NCBI GenBank assembly: GCA_964016885.1
Contig: OZ024742.1
Coordinates: 240,002,001 to 240,066,000 of the forward strand
Length of the DNA: 64,000 nucleotides
Source: Eledone cirrhosa
Lineage: Eukaryota
Reading direction: 5' to 3'
The notes under the pieces are model-generated. The model was not told where the DNA came from. It made no database searches and saw nothing but the letters and a program-made list of their open reading frames with translations. How positions within the stretch are numbered: the stretch's first letter is position 1; each line of letters opens with the position of its first letter. The position numbers and the translations under genes are program-made. Below are positions 1 through 12,505 of this stretch, piece by piece.

Positions 1-147
1 TAATATACATTCCATATCTTCTTCATCACAGTGGTCTTAGTGCAGCTTTCATGGCAGAGGCAAACAAGAACTGAGTAGATACAGTCAAGACTAATAAAAA
101 AAAAAATATTCGACCGCAGAGAAAACCAAAAGTTGTGGAAGTTTGTT

Positions 148-438
148 TTATTTCAAAAAAACACACATATGTGCGGGTATGGACATGTAATGTGCATGGA
201 TGATGATCACTGGGTGAAGAAGTAGCAGGAAATTCCAGTAGAAGTAAGCCACAGTAAAGGAAGACCAAGGAAGACCTGGACAGAGGTGATGAGCTGATCT
301 CAAATCACTGAAACTCATAGATGATGATGATGATGATGAAACATGACAAGTGGAGAGATGCTGTGCTGAAAAGGATCCATCCAACCCATGCAAGTGTGGT
401 AAAGCAGACGTAAAGACAACATTGATGATGATGGTGGT
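148..438 (+). mobile_element. Old RTE LINE 3' fragment with (GAT)n tail
   Basis: Decayed YGHVM-DDHWVKK-GRPRKTW coding remnants, followed by the RTE tail ccaacccatgcaag..gacgtaaa..gatgatgatg. Confidence 0.8.
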
Positions 439-915
439 GCTTGTTCTGAAGGACTTGACTAGGCTTTTTACTTTATGTCTAGTGTGGTATGTATATGGAA
501 AGTTAGGTTGGGTTTATGTGTATGGACAGTATAGCTTTGGATTGGATATATATATATACTCCAGCCAATGTTTCATATACGAAAACCATATAGGTTTTAG
601 CCTATTCTCGTCTCTCAGTACAGAGTGAGTAAATGTCACTGATGAAGTATAAAAATTCAGGAACAGCTGTCTGGCATTCTCACCGGTTATTGAGATACCT
701 GTAATATGACCATAGCTTAAAGCATTCATAGCGAAGACTTTCATGTTTCTTGCACATAAACATATCATATATGCTTTCATATACAACCTTCCATTATGTG
801 TGTGTGTGTATGCACACGCACATATACCCAAATACACATTGTGCATGTATATAAAACTACAGTCATGTCTCACAAAATAAGAGTTACCAGTATGTACCAC
901 TGCTTTGCTAACTGT

Positions 916-1126
916 ATAACCCTTTAGTATTTACATTACACTATATTTACTATTGTATTTTCACAGTAAAGGTCTCACATAATATCCAATCTATGAGATT
1001 TTGATATTATTTATTTTGAGAACAATACCTTAAAGTCGGTATAAGGGGTTAGTTATGGCCAGTTTGAACAGAAAGAGGTAGGAGAATTCTGGCCGGATAC
1101 GGCCAGTTTAAATACTAAAGGGTTAA
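916..1126 (-). mobile_element. piggyBac-like MITE, family B (about 210 bp)
   Basis: TIR (a/t)taa-CCCTTTAGTATTTA ... TAAATACTAAAGGG-ttaa; reverse-complement homologue of 32116-32334. Confidence 0.8.
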
Positions 1127-1399
1127 GGTGTTTATGTAGTTTGCAAGCTGACACAGACACCCATGTGGTTCAGCAGAACATCCAGGATGTAACAGCTAGA
1201 GGAAAAGAAAGTGGTACCAGCCCTGGGCTTTCATTATTGATTAACTTTGCCTTTCATCCTTACGGGGTCGATAAAATATAGTACCAGTAATGTACTGGTT
1301 ATTTGCTGGCCTTGTGCCTAAAAATAGAAACAATTATTGACACCAAAGGGATGAAAGATAAAGTATACCTCAATGGGATTTGAAACTAGGTTTCTTTTC

Positions 1400-2118
1400 A
1401 CCCTGAAGCAGCCTTTAGTTCTACTTTACAAAACTGTATATTTTAATGGGTTTACATTTAACTAAAAATCTTTCATCATAATTTTATGCAAGAACCTTTA
1501 AGCTGATAAAAATGAAATGAAATGAAATTTACAGAACACATGTAGGTTTAGCTGAGCTCCTACAAAGTTGTATCTAATAGGAGGTTTCTCAAATGTTTTA
1601 TCCTGAAAAGCAATATGAAATAAAGCATCTTGCTCAAAACGCAATGAACTTATTATTGTGAATTCAACACCGTAACCACTACACCCCATGCCTTCACTTC
1701 TTTATCAAATTCTTGATTATTTTCAAAATTTTATTGAAAATTGTAAGCAATGTGTTCTGTTAGAAATGCGGTAATTAACGATTTAACCCCTTTGCTACCA
1801 AACTACTTGAAACTGTCCCTAATTCCACAATACCAAACTATTGTTTTAAGATGTCTGTATCATATTTGTATGTAAGAGTCTTTATTAAGATAGGTTTCAA
1901 ACACCAACTTTATAATTGTTTCTACTTTTGGCACAAGGCCAGCAATTACCCAGTACATTACTGGTACTTTATTTTAATGACCCCATAAGGATGAAAGGCA
2001 AAGCTAAATGACAAGTTAGTTATATTACTAAATCCTATCAAATTCTTGATTATTTTCAAAATTATTTGAATATCATAGGCAGTATCTTTCATTAGAAATA
2101 TGGTAATGAAATGGTTAA
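1400..2118 (+). mobile_element. Two tandem piggyBac-like MITEs (family A), each interrupted by a SINE
   Basis: The copies share a TTAA at 1783-1786; the second runs ttaaCCCCTTTG ... aatgaaatGGttaa. SINE inserts lie at about 1505-1700 and 1914-2005. Confidence 0.65.
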
Positions 2119-2323
2119 GTCATCTCCAGAAATGCAATCTTGCTGTGAAGAATTTTGGCCTGTATGTTGATGATAAAGGAACAAGTGTTGTGAAGGAGCG
2201 GTTAATGATGACAGCAGAATGTTATGTTGTCAAAGTATATCAGAAAGATCTTATTTTGTTGACAGAAGAAAGGCTTTATGAAGAGATTTCACATTTATCA
2301 ATTGACAACCTGCAGAAACTACT

Positions 2324-2885
2324 TTAACACTTTAGTTACTATGTTTCTAATAAAATACAATACCTGCAATTTTCAAATTTGGAGTAGTTTAGTTATATAG
2401 CATTGTTATTGTAGTGTGTAGTATTTGGTTAAAAAAAATGTTTTTAATCTTTAAAGTCAAATTTTTGTTGTTGTAATTTAGATACATAGATGGAAAAAGA
2501 AAGCAGCATTGGAAATGATTATAAATGCCATAAATGAGAAGGAAAGAAAGGGAAAGAGCAAGGACTATTGGGCAATAGAAGAAAGAAAGGGGGAAGAGGA
2601 GAGGGCGGCAGACTACACCTAGGTCAGAGCAGTGTTTCAGCTGCGCTCCACAGACAAAGTGGCAAAGGCATTTCTGCAGACAATGGTCAGCAACAGCCAC
2701 CCCACCTCACGGAGCTCCTTCCTCAGACCAGCTGTTATCATTGCAATTTTATGGTGTTTGAAGCATAAATGTTCTTATATAAAATTATGATGGAAGGTTT
2801 TTAAATAAATATAAACACTTTAAAACAAACAGTTCAGTATCATAGAACCAGGACCGGTTTGGGCAGTTTTGTATCAAAAGAGTTA
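2324..2885 (-). mobile_element. MITE family A copy with unrelated internal insert
   Basis: ttaacacttt at the left end and gtatcaaaagagtta at the right end; internal blocks match the reverse complement of family A. Confidence 0.5.
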
Positions 2886-3361
2886 CAGTTTCAAATCCAA
2901 GTTAATAGTTTCTAATAGACTCTATAAGGAAGATAACTTTGCCCAGAAGAATCTAAATGCCAGAAACAAGTGGAAGCTTTGTATTTGTATTAAAGTTTTA
3001 TTTACAGAGGTTTTCAGGGACCAACAAATATATTAAAAAAACCCACTGGTATGGAAGAGAAATGGGAAAAGAGACAAAGGTGTAGAGGGGGGAAAAACAT
3101 TGATTTCTATGAGACAAATTTCTAATTCACTGAATAATACATTATTGATTAATTCCAGCTGTAAGGTAGACACATACACTTGAAATAAAAATCCAATATC
3201 CTTTTAGGTGAATTTCCCAGACACACACAGGTGCACACACACAGGTGCGCGCACACACACACACACTCACACATATATAGTTCAAGAATAAACAATACAA
3301 ACACAGAGCTACAAAAACACTAGGCTCACACTAGTGTATGTGTGTACATGTACATTATATA

Positions 3362-3751
3362 CAGGGTGTGGATGATATTTGTTCGCAATTTTCAACTGTT
3401 TAATTTTATGCAAATTTTTTTTACTTCCGTTGTCACTCTTGTCTTCATAAAAACAGTGACTATATTTCCATTATTTATTTTCAGAATAATTGATTATGAA
3501 TAATTTTGAACCTCCATATTTGTGGAAGAGATACGGAGTTCTTGGAATCCGCGCCAAGAGGACAAATAAGGAAATTTCAGACTTTCTCAGCATCAGCAGG
3601 AGAATGGTGGAAAAGGTCAGAAAGGAATTGGAAGATTCAGGATTCGACTTCGAAGCAACATCAGAGAGGAAAACACATGATCGACGATCTGACACCTTCA
3701 GAACGCCCGAGTTCGTCGCTGAAGTTCAGGATATCATCAACAATGAACCTT
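3362..3751 (+). mobile_element. Tc1/mariner (maT/DD37D-like) transposon 5' end with truncated transposase N-terminus
   Basis: TA followed by a CAGGGTGT terminus. ORF 3490-3753 has an HTH-like N-terminus (EISDFLSISRRMVEKVRKEL..RRSDTFRTPEFVAEVQDII); the catalytic domain is missing. Confidence 0.7.
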
Positions 3752-3779
3752 AGTGAATATATGTATGTATATATATGCA

Positions 3780-4372
3780 CAAGTAGTTGATAGTTTGTTA
3801 CTTAAGTGACTTGATTAGCAGTGGAAAGGGTTGTTCTGAAAACATAGTAGCTAGAATAAAAATAGGCTAGAAAAAGTTTAGACAATTTTCTCTATGAGCA
3901 AAGAGTAGATTGTATGATGCCAGCGTGAGAAGTGTGAAGTTGCATGGCAATGAGACATGGGCAGTAAATGCAGAGGATGTACAAAATCTGGAGAGAAATG
4001 AAGTTAGCATGTGTAATATTAGTGTACATAAATGAAGGGGTGTGGATAAACTGAGAGAAAAGCTGGATATAATAGGAATCAGATGTGATGTGTGATGTAC
4101 AAGAAAGAAAACTACATTGGTTAGATCATGTGATGCATATGGCTGATGAACACTAGGCAAAGAAGTGTCAGGAGATATCACTGAAAGAAAGCTGTAGAAG
4201 AGAAATAGATTTTTTTTTAAAGTCTGAGCAGGGATGGTTATAGTTGATTTCAAAATGCTGAAACTCATACAGGAGATGCGGAAGGAACACAATGAGTGGA
4301 GAGAGGCTATGCTGAAAAGGACCTGTCTAACTTATGCAAGCATGAAAAAGTGGACGTAAGAATGATGATGAT
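3780..4372 (+). mobile_element. Decayed RTE LINE 3' portion
   Basis: Remnants of LYDA-VRS-LHGNETWAVNAED-LERNE, ending in the RTE tail with gatgatgat. Confidence 0.8.
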
Positions 4373-4394
4373 ATACACTCAGTGATGATGAAGC

Positions 4395-4628
4395 TCTCTT
4401 TCCTTCCAGCCATCACATCCTGAATGTTCCACTGAATTAAAGGAGGGTAAGTCATGAGGATGTTCACTCACAGCTATAGACACCTAAAGCCTTAGCAAAA
4501 GCATGATATGTACTATCAAATTATATTCGATTATGAGTGACGACATCTCAGATGGGCTGGAGCCTCCATCTCATTTATGTTCTGAAACTCTTCCAGGTGT
4601 TTGGGCGAGTCAGGGCCCCGCATCTTGC

Positions 4629-4691
<63 letters not shown>
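4395..4691 (+). mobile_element. Interspersed repeat ending in a (CA)n tail
   Basis: ctcagatgggctgg..tatgttc..aaactctt..gggcgagtcagggccc..tcttgcttac(ac)n is also present on the minus strand at 8477-8600; the 5' part is homologous to 1125-1210 (-). Confidence 0.6.
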
Positions 4692-4692
<1 letters not shown>

Positions 4693-4840
4693 GCTGACAA
4701 AATCAGCAAGTCTTATAGGATTAGATAATATCCAGATCAATTCTAGAAAGAGAAGAAAATAAAGCACAAACCATCTTGAACATATAGTGTTAATTGGTTG
4801 ATTCATACTTTTAACATACATACACAAACACACACACATG

Positions 4841-5126
4841 CATACATACATACATACATACATACATACATACATACATACATACATACATACATACATA
4901 CATACATACATACATACATACATACATACATACATACATACATACATACATACATACATACATACATACATACATACATACATACATACATACATACATA
5001 CATACATACATACATACATACATACATACATACATACATACATACATACATACATACATACATACATACATACATACATACATACATACATACATACATA
5101 CATACATACATACATACATACATACA
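4841..5126. repeat. (CATA)n microsatellite, about 285 bp
   Basis: Perfect tetranucleotide array. Confidence 0.98.
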
Positions 5127-5259
5127 AAGAACACATACATTCATATATATACATATTAAATCCTATAGAAAATAATGTGTCCATTGATAAACTGCTAAAA
5201 GATAGTAATTTCTTGCATTGTGCCAGTGTATGTGTGTTCAACCTCCATCAGTACCAGTG

Positions 5260-5712
5260 AAATTAACAAGTGGAGGAGCATTCCACAGACACGTGTACTC
5301 TTAAGGTAATTCTTAGGAACATTCGGCATGACCATGTGTGTGGATCGCTGATTCTTTATGGCTGTGTGACCATATGATTTACAGGTACAAACTCTCTTTT
5401 GCCAGCTGAATGGACTGGAGTAATGTAAAATAATTGCTTCTACTTTAGGCACAAGGCCAGCAATGACCCAGTACATTACTGGTACTTTATTTTATCGACC
5501 CCGTAAAGATGAAAGGCAAAGTTAACCTCGGCGGGATTTGAACTCAGACTGTAAAGGGACGTAACTATGCTAGAAAGCATGGCGTCCAACCCTCTACCGA
5601 TACTGCCAATTCACCAATGAGTCTTGCTCAGGGAAATAACACACCTGGAATTGAACGCACAATCTTACAATCATCAAGTGAACCCCTTAACCACTAAGCC
5701 ACATGCCTTCAC
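5260..5712 (-). mobile_element. tRNA-derived SINE with a nested second SINE (5431-5620)
   Basis: The outer element has a tRNA-like head (rc of gtggcttagtggttaagg..gttcaattcc). The inner element is the reverse complement of the SINE at 9140-9320. Confidence 0.75.
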
Positions 5713-6223
5713 TAGAATTTTTATCACTTGACTGAAGCTACAACAGTAAACAAAAATTACTATGGGGTACATTAATTCAACATGATATAAGTACGAGACA
5801 TGATTATCAGATACAATATGAGATATAGCAATCATGGCTTATAAATTATTTTTCCATTAACAATACTGTGTTACTGATACCTCTGGTATTCTCAAACTCT
5901 GAACTGATGTTTTCCTATGCCAAATCTAGATGAGGACTGTGTGGCTGAGGAAGGTACCCCATGAGGTCCCTATTTGTTGGAATGTCCAAAGCAACGATAT
6001 TGCTTTTATTATCTTTTCCATGGGACACAGTTAAGTGCAGAGCAACTACCTCACCAATTCTTTTTTTTTAATCTTACTTTTAATAATGGATAAAAATCAT
6101 AGAAGGTCAGCTCGGTCTGCAACAACAACTAAGACCAATAAATATCATTAAAAAACCTGAGAAACCTCCTATGAGGTACCACTTCATAGGAGTGAGCTAA
6201 AACAGCAATTTGGACCCTTATTA

Positions 6224-6480
6224 TTAACTCTTTTGATACCAAACTGCCTGAAAGCCAGTCTGGGTTTATAATACAGAACTGTTTGTTTAAACTGTTTATA
6301 TTTATCTAAAAGCTTTCTGTCATAATTTTTTGTAAGACACTTTGTTAAGTTATGCTCCAAACATTGGCTTAATAATGAGAAAGTTAATTATATTACTAAA
6401 TGCCTTCAGATGCTTGATTATTTTAAAAATTAATTGAAAATCATAGGCAGTGTTTTTTATGAGAAATAAGATTAAAACAC
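6224..6480 (+). mobile_element. MITE family A, near-complete copy
   Basis: ttaactcttttgataccaa start; internal blocks are shared with 9412-9676 and 32886-33140. Confidence 0.65.
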
Positions 6481-6861
6481 AAGAAAAACCTGTGAAATGC
6501 AACTTCATGGTAGGCCAATAAAACCTGCATAGGAGTGAGCTGTAAAGTTAATTTCAATTTCAAAAGAGGGACTAAACAGCAAAAGCTATGTAAGCTAAGT
6601 ATCAGGTGACCTGCAATTGCCAAGATAAAAAAAAAAAATACTGCCTGGAGTAAAATACTTATGGAGACCCCCTGTAGTATATTTATAGTGCCATTACTAG
6701 AAATGTTATTTTCAGAGAATAAATTAAAATGTAGAGACACATTCCACTAGGCTGTCACATGTGTGTGTGTATAAACATGTCTGCAGGTGGGAAGGGAGGG
6801 TATGTGTATATGTGTACTTTTCTCCTAGCACAAGCAGTAGTACCTTTCATTTTTAAGAAAA

Positions 6862-6975
6862 TAATTGTTTCTACATTTGGCACAAGGCCGGCAATTAACC
6901 AGTACATTACTGGTACTTTATTTTATCGAACCCGTAAGGATGAAAGGCAAAGTTAACCTCGGCGGGATTTGAACT
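6862..6975 (-). mobile_element. SINE 3' half (gcctttcatccttacggggtcgataaaat core family)
   Basis: Near-identical to the reverse complement of 9215-9320. Confidence 0.8.
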
Positions 6976-7554
6976 GATGAAAATAATAGTAAAATACTTA
7001 TACTGATCTCAATTCTATAGTATAGGAAAGTGAATACTTCTGAAAAGGAAGATTTTCTTCTTCACTTCCTTAAAAACCATTACTCTCTTTCTCTCTCTCA
7101 TACACTGAAAAGCCTATAGTATTTTTAGAAATTATTTGCTATTTTCTAACAAAATTAAAACAGAAAATAAAATTAATTATTTATAATAAATAATGACAGC
7201 AATAGTATTGTACATATTTAATTTTTGGAGTCCAGGATTGGTATGTCATATTTTATCAAGATTACCAGACATGTGAACAATCATATAAACTGGGAAACAT
7301 ATTTGATAAATGAACAGTTTTCCTAAGAGAAAACGTATAGCTTATGTTCATTACTGAGATGTGGAAGTGATTAAAATATAATTACATAATTGTTCAGCAT
7401 ACAGGTACAAATGACACAGGATTAAATGTACAAGTCATTTTGGAGAAAGAAATATTTACAGAACTGTGTGATTAGGAAAGTATGTGAAATTTTAAGAGTT
7501 GCAGTCAGATAAACATAAATAAAGAAACCATTATTATAGTTTTCATTATTATTA

Positions 7555-8272
7555 TTTCATCTTTACAGGGTCGATAAAATAAAGTAGTAGTAACGCACTG
7601 GGGTCAATTTAGTCGACTTTTCCCATCACTTCACTTGTGCCAAATGTAGAAACCATTATTATTATTATTTGCCTTTCATCCTTACGGGGTCGACAAAAGT
7701 ACCAGTAATACACTTGGGTCAATTTAATCAACTTTCACCTCCCTAAAAAATTGTTGACTTCGTGCCTAAATCAGAAACCAATACTATTATTATTGGTCTT
7801 TAAAAGAAATATGATGCTTACTGGACCTTCTACTGTCTGTTGAATCTCACCAAAGATATGTGAAGGGCTCAATAGAGCAGTCCTTTGTATGAGAACAATT
7901 TGTTGCTGAAGGTCTTTCAGCAAAATATCCTCTTAGTTTTAGTGATATGAAGCCTGAAGTTCCTCTGAAAAATATTATCTTAATGTTGTTAGGGAGTATT
8001 GACTATTTTATCTTGAAGTCAGTATATTTTGTTATTATTGTTAGTAATAGCAGTATCACAGCAAGGGGTTGGCAGTAGTGCTAGAGCAACAGATAGTATT
8101 TGTTCCAGCTCTTTACATTCTGAGTTCAAATTCTGCCAACGTCAACTTTGCCTTTCATCCTTCCAAATCTCAATAAAATAAAGTACCAATAAAGTACTGG
8201 GGTTGATTTAATCGACTCCTTCCCCATCAAAAAGTATTGGCTTGTGCCTAAATTAGAAATCTTTATTATTAT
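7555..8272 (+). mobile_element. Cluster of SINE copies (7555-7660, 7669-7790, 8060-8272)
   Basis: Repeated core gcctttcatcc..gtcgataaaataaagtacc with (TTA)n tails. Confidence 0.7.
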
Positions 8273-8994
8273 TAAATTTAATGATGACTGATCTATTCAG
8301 TTTTATGTTTATAATTCATTTTCATCATTTTAATTGAAATATCCTACAATTTTTGTTAATTTAATATATATATATATATCACGCAATAATACCTACATTC
8401 TACTTCACTTAAAGTATGGACTACTTAGTTGAATAATGAAATAATGAATGGCCTTATTAGTCTTAATATTATCTTTATGTGTGTGTGTGTGTAAGAAAGA
8501 TGTGGGCTCTGACTTGCTCAAACACCCAGAAGAGTTTGGGAACATAAGTAAGCAAGATGCCCCAGCCCATCTGAGTTATCAATAGCTTCACTACACTAGA
8601 GTACTGACTCTGTCTCTGACAACCCACCTTACACTTACTAGCAGGGAAAATGGACATTAAATGATTATATATATATAGTTGATTGAGCAATTAAATTACT
8701 GGTATCTATTTTATCAAACCTGGCGGTAGATGGAGGCAATGACCGGTCTGAGGCCAGCAGGATTTTGAACCCAGAATGTAAAATTAACTAATAATACAAG
8801 ACATTTTCATCATTATTGTGCTGCTTCTGCCAACCACTGCCCTTCCAGATTCTAATATTGATTTAACATCCACTTCCTATAAAATTATATCTGATGAGTA
8901 ATATCCAAACATTTATTTATTTCATTTAGTCTGCACAAAATAAAAGAACAAAAATATGTATAAATTTAAAATAATTTCTCAAAATAGTAATTTC

Positions 8995-9676
8995 TTAACC
9001 CAACCCTTTTGATTACCAAACTGCCTATCGACCCTGGTTCTCTATGCTACTAAGCTGTTTATTTTAATGAGTTTATATTTATCTAAAAAGCTTCTATCAT
9101 AATGTCATCTAAGAACCTCAAAAAAACTTAATGAGAACACGGCGGTGGATTGGCAGTATCGGTAGAGGGTCGGACGCCATGCTTTCCAGCATAGTTACGC
9201 CCCTTTACGATCTGAGTTCAAATCCCGCCGAGGTTGACTTTGCCTTTCATCCTTACGGGGTCGATAAAATAAAGTACCAGTGATGCACTGGCCTTGTGCC
9301 TAAAGTAGAAACAATTATTTATATTAGTAAATCCTTCCAAATTCTGAAATATTTTCAAAATGATTTGAAAATCCTAGGCAATATCTTTCATTAGAAATGT
9401 GGTAATGACAGTTAACCCTTTTGATACCAAGCCATCTGAAAACACTTCTGGTTTCTATGATACAAAACTATTTATGTTGAAGTATTTGTATTTACCTAAA
9501 AACCTTCCATCATAATTTTATTTAAATGCCTTTAAGCTTTGCTCCAAACACCAATTAAATTAATAATGCAACTGTTAGTTATGTTACTAAATTCATCAAA
9601 ATTCTTGAATATTCTTAAATTACTTTAAAATCATATTTAGTATCCCTCATAAGAAATATAATAACAAAAAGGTTTA
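8995..9676 (+). mobile_element. Two tandem family A MITEs sharing the TTAA at 9412-9415
   Basis: ttaacc(caacc)ctttt..gatac starts at 8995 and 9412; the first copy is interrupted by the SINE at 9140-9320. Confidence 0.65.
9140..9320 (+). mobile_element. Full-length young tRNA-derived SINE (Meta-domain-like core)
   Basis: Pol III A box TGGCAGTATCGG and B box GAGTTCAAATCCC, core gcctttcatccttacggggtcgataaaataaagtaccag, AT-rich tail; more than 10 relatives in the window. Confidence 0.85.
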
Positions 9677-10237
9677 CGGTTTGTATTGAAATAATAATCA
9701 ACAAGCAGAACAAATTCCAGGTAAAGATGTTGTATCAAGATAGGTGTTTCCTTCTGAGAGAGATAGCAGGATTTCTAGAAAAGTCCACTTCTGAAGAGAA
9801 GAAACAGTGTATATGATGAAAAAGCAGTTGGGTCCCAGTAACTACCTCTCTGCCTCATCCTCCCACACATTATTACAAAGTAGAGACCATTGAAAATGAT
9901 GGTATAAGAAGACTAGAATGGATGATGGTGGTGTTGCAGCAGTAGTAGTAGTAAACTCTAGTCCTCTCCTACCATTTATTATTAGTTAGTGATGATAGAG
10001 AGGATGGTAGGAAGTGAGGCAGTGGCATTAGTAGCAGTAGTGGTGGTAGTAATAGTAGTAGCAGCAGTAGTAGTAGAACAAGTGTATGTACATACACTGT
10101 ACACAAAATAGCAGCATCACATGAATAGGGGGGAACAGACAGACAGAGAGGCTTTGCTAAATACATTTTGACAAAGCACCACATCCCTTGTTTTTTATAT
10201 TTATTTTATAATACTAATTCCTATTTGCAACTATATG

Positions 10238-10291
<54 letters not shown>

Positions 10292-10513
10292 TGTGTGTGT
10301 GTACGAACACACACACGCAGTTTCCTCCTCTTCTCACTCTCTTTCTATTTCATCTTTTATTTGTCCTGATGAAGGGCTAGTATCTGAAACATAATTGCAC
10401 TTTTCTTACTATATTAAGCATGAAACTAATATATTTCTTCATTGTACTGTGTTGTTTGCTTTTGATACTTCTGTTTATTTTTTTGCATACGCACACATAT
10501 AAATATATATATA

Positions 10514-10740
10514 TCATCATCATCATCATCATTTTACGGCCGCTTTTCCCTGCTTGCAAGGGTGGGGCGGGAACAGATTCTGGCTTGATTTCTACAGATG
10601 GATGCCCTTCCTAACACCAACCTCATTTACAGTGAGTGCTGGGTGCTTTTTTACCATGGCGCCTACATGTCCACTTTACAGTGTGGGCTGGGTGCTTTTT
10701 TGCTGTGGCACCTCCACGACCACTGTGCAGTGGAATGATA
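10514..10740 (-). mobile_element. 5'-truncated RTE 3'UTR/tail copy
   Basis: Reverse complement of the 3'UTR at 14940-15210, with (CAT)n abutting (TA)n. Confidence 0.8.
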
Positions 10741-10744
10741 TGGA

Positions 10745-10898
10745 CCCCAGTTCCTATCATCTCATTTCTACAGCTGAGTAAACTGGAGCAATGTAAAATA
10801 AAGTGTCTTGCTCAAGGAAACAACACATCACCCTGTCTGAGAATTGAACTCACAACCTTTCGATTGCAAAGCCAATACTCTAACCACTAAGCCATGTG

Positions 10899-10900
<2 letters not shown>
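10745..10900 (-). mobile_element. tRNA-derived SINE (ccttgagcaagacact family)
   Basis: rc head ggcacatggcttagtggttagagt..gtgagttcaattctc; relatives at 27000-27210, 44655-44870 and 45229-45350. Confidence 0.75.
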
Positions 10901-11267
<367 letters not shown>

Positions 11268-11268
<1 letters not shown>

Positions 11269-12322
11269 GGCCGGTGCTCTGGTGCAATAAGTAGCAGCAA
11301 GTGCCCACTAAATACTAGCTCTTTCAATTGCGCAGAGGGTTCTATAGAAATAGTGGACAGCTTCTGTTACCTGGGTGGCAAAATCAGCAGCGGGGGAGGG
11401 TGCTCTGAACGTACAGTAGCTAGAGTCAGAACTGGATGGAAAAAGTTCAGAGAGCTTATACCACTATTAGCCGCTAAAGGGTTCTCCCTAAAAATGAAAG
11501 GCAGGTTATATGATGCCTGCATACGAACAGCAATACTGCATGGCAGTGAGACCTGGGCATTGTGTGCAGAGGATATACGCAGACTAGAGAGGAACGAAGC
11601 TTGCATGCTCCGCTGGATGTGTAATAGTAATATACGTGAACGGCTAAGCATAAACGAACTAAGGAAAAAATTAGAAATAAGAGGGATCAGATGTTGTTTA
11701 CTCGAGAGAAGGCTACGTTGGTATGGTCACGTGATGCGCATGAAAGACGACAGCTGTATAACAAAGTGCAGGGCAATAAAGATAGACGGTAGCCACGGAG
11801 TAGGCAGACCCAGAAAAACCTGGGACGACATGATAAATTCCTACCTCACACGCTTACACCTCTCCAAGACAATGTCACTGGACCGAGACCTTTGGCGGTA
11901 CTCAGTACTAGAGAAGACCCGCCTTACCTAAAATACAAAGTAAAACCTACTACAGTCAGTAGGCATCTCTAACAAAACACCCCCCCCCCCCCGTCCCACC
12001 ACCCCCACCCCATCCACACCGCCCCTTTCAATGTAAAGTTATGTTGGTGCCACAACATCCAGGCCGAAACAAATGAGATCGTGTAGGTGTCACGACAAAA
12101 AACACACAGTCCACGCTGTAATGTGGCCGTGTAGGCAACACGGTAAAAACCTCCCAGCCCCACATTGTAAATGTGGTTGGTGTTAGGAAGGGCATCCAGC
12201 TGTCGAAAACCCGCCAGACAGTCCTATGCGAGCAAGACAATCACTCTTGCCTCAAGTGGGAAAACCCCCGTCCAAACCCATGCAAGCGTAGAACACGGAC
12301 GTTAAATGTTGATGATGATGAT
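11268..12322 (+). mobile_element. Young 5'-truncated RTE LINE (copy A); open RT C-terminus to 11931
   Basis: [39 protein letters not shown], an approximately 390-bp 3'UTR and a (GAT)n tail; highly similar to 57263-59020. Confidence 0.95.
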
Positions 12323-12505
12323 ATATATATATATATAATAAAGAGCCATGACCAGGCAGTTGAGCTCTTGCCATTTCAACAGCTAGTTCCCAACTTTTTA
12401 TAATATAGCCTTTGCTACCCCCAGTATAGGGTACTCTGCTGAGTAATGGTCCAACCAGTTTCAAACAGGTTCTATCCTGATTTATATATATACACACACA
12501 TACAC

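Noticed and set aside
4531-5260. ORFs with YVCM/HTYI repeats
   Set aside because: Artefacts of the (CATA)n and (CA)n arrays.
9140-9230. tRNA gene
   Set aside because: A and B boxes are present, but the sequence continues into a SINE core and tail and has many diverged copies.
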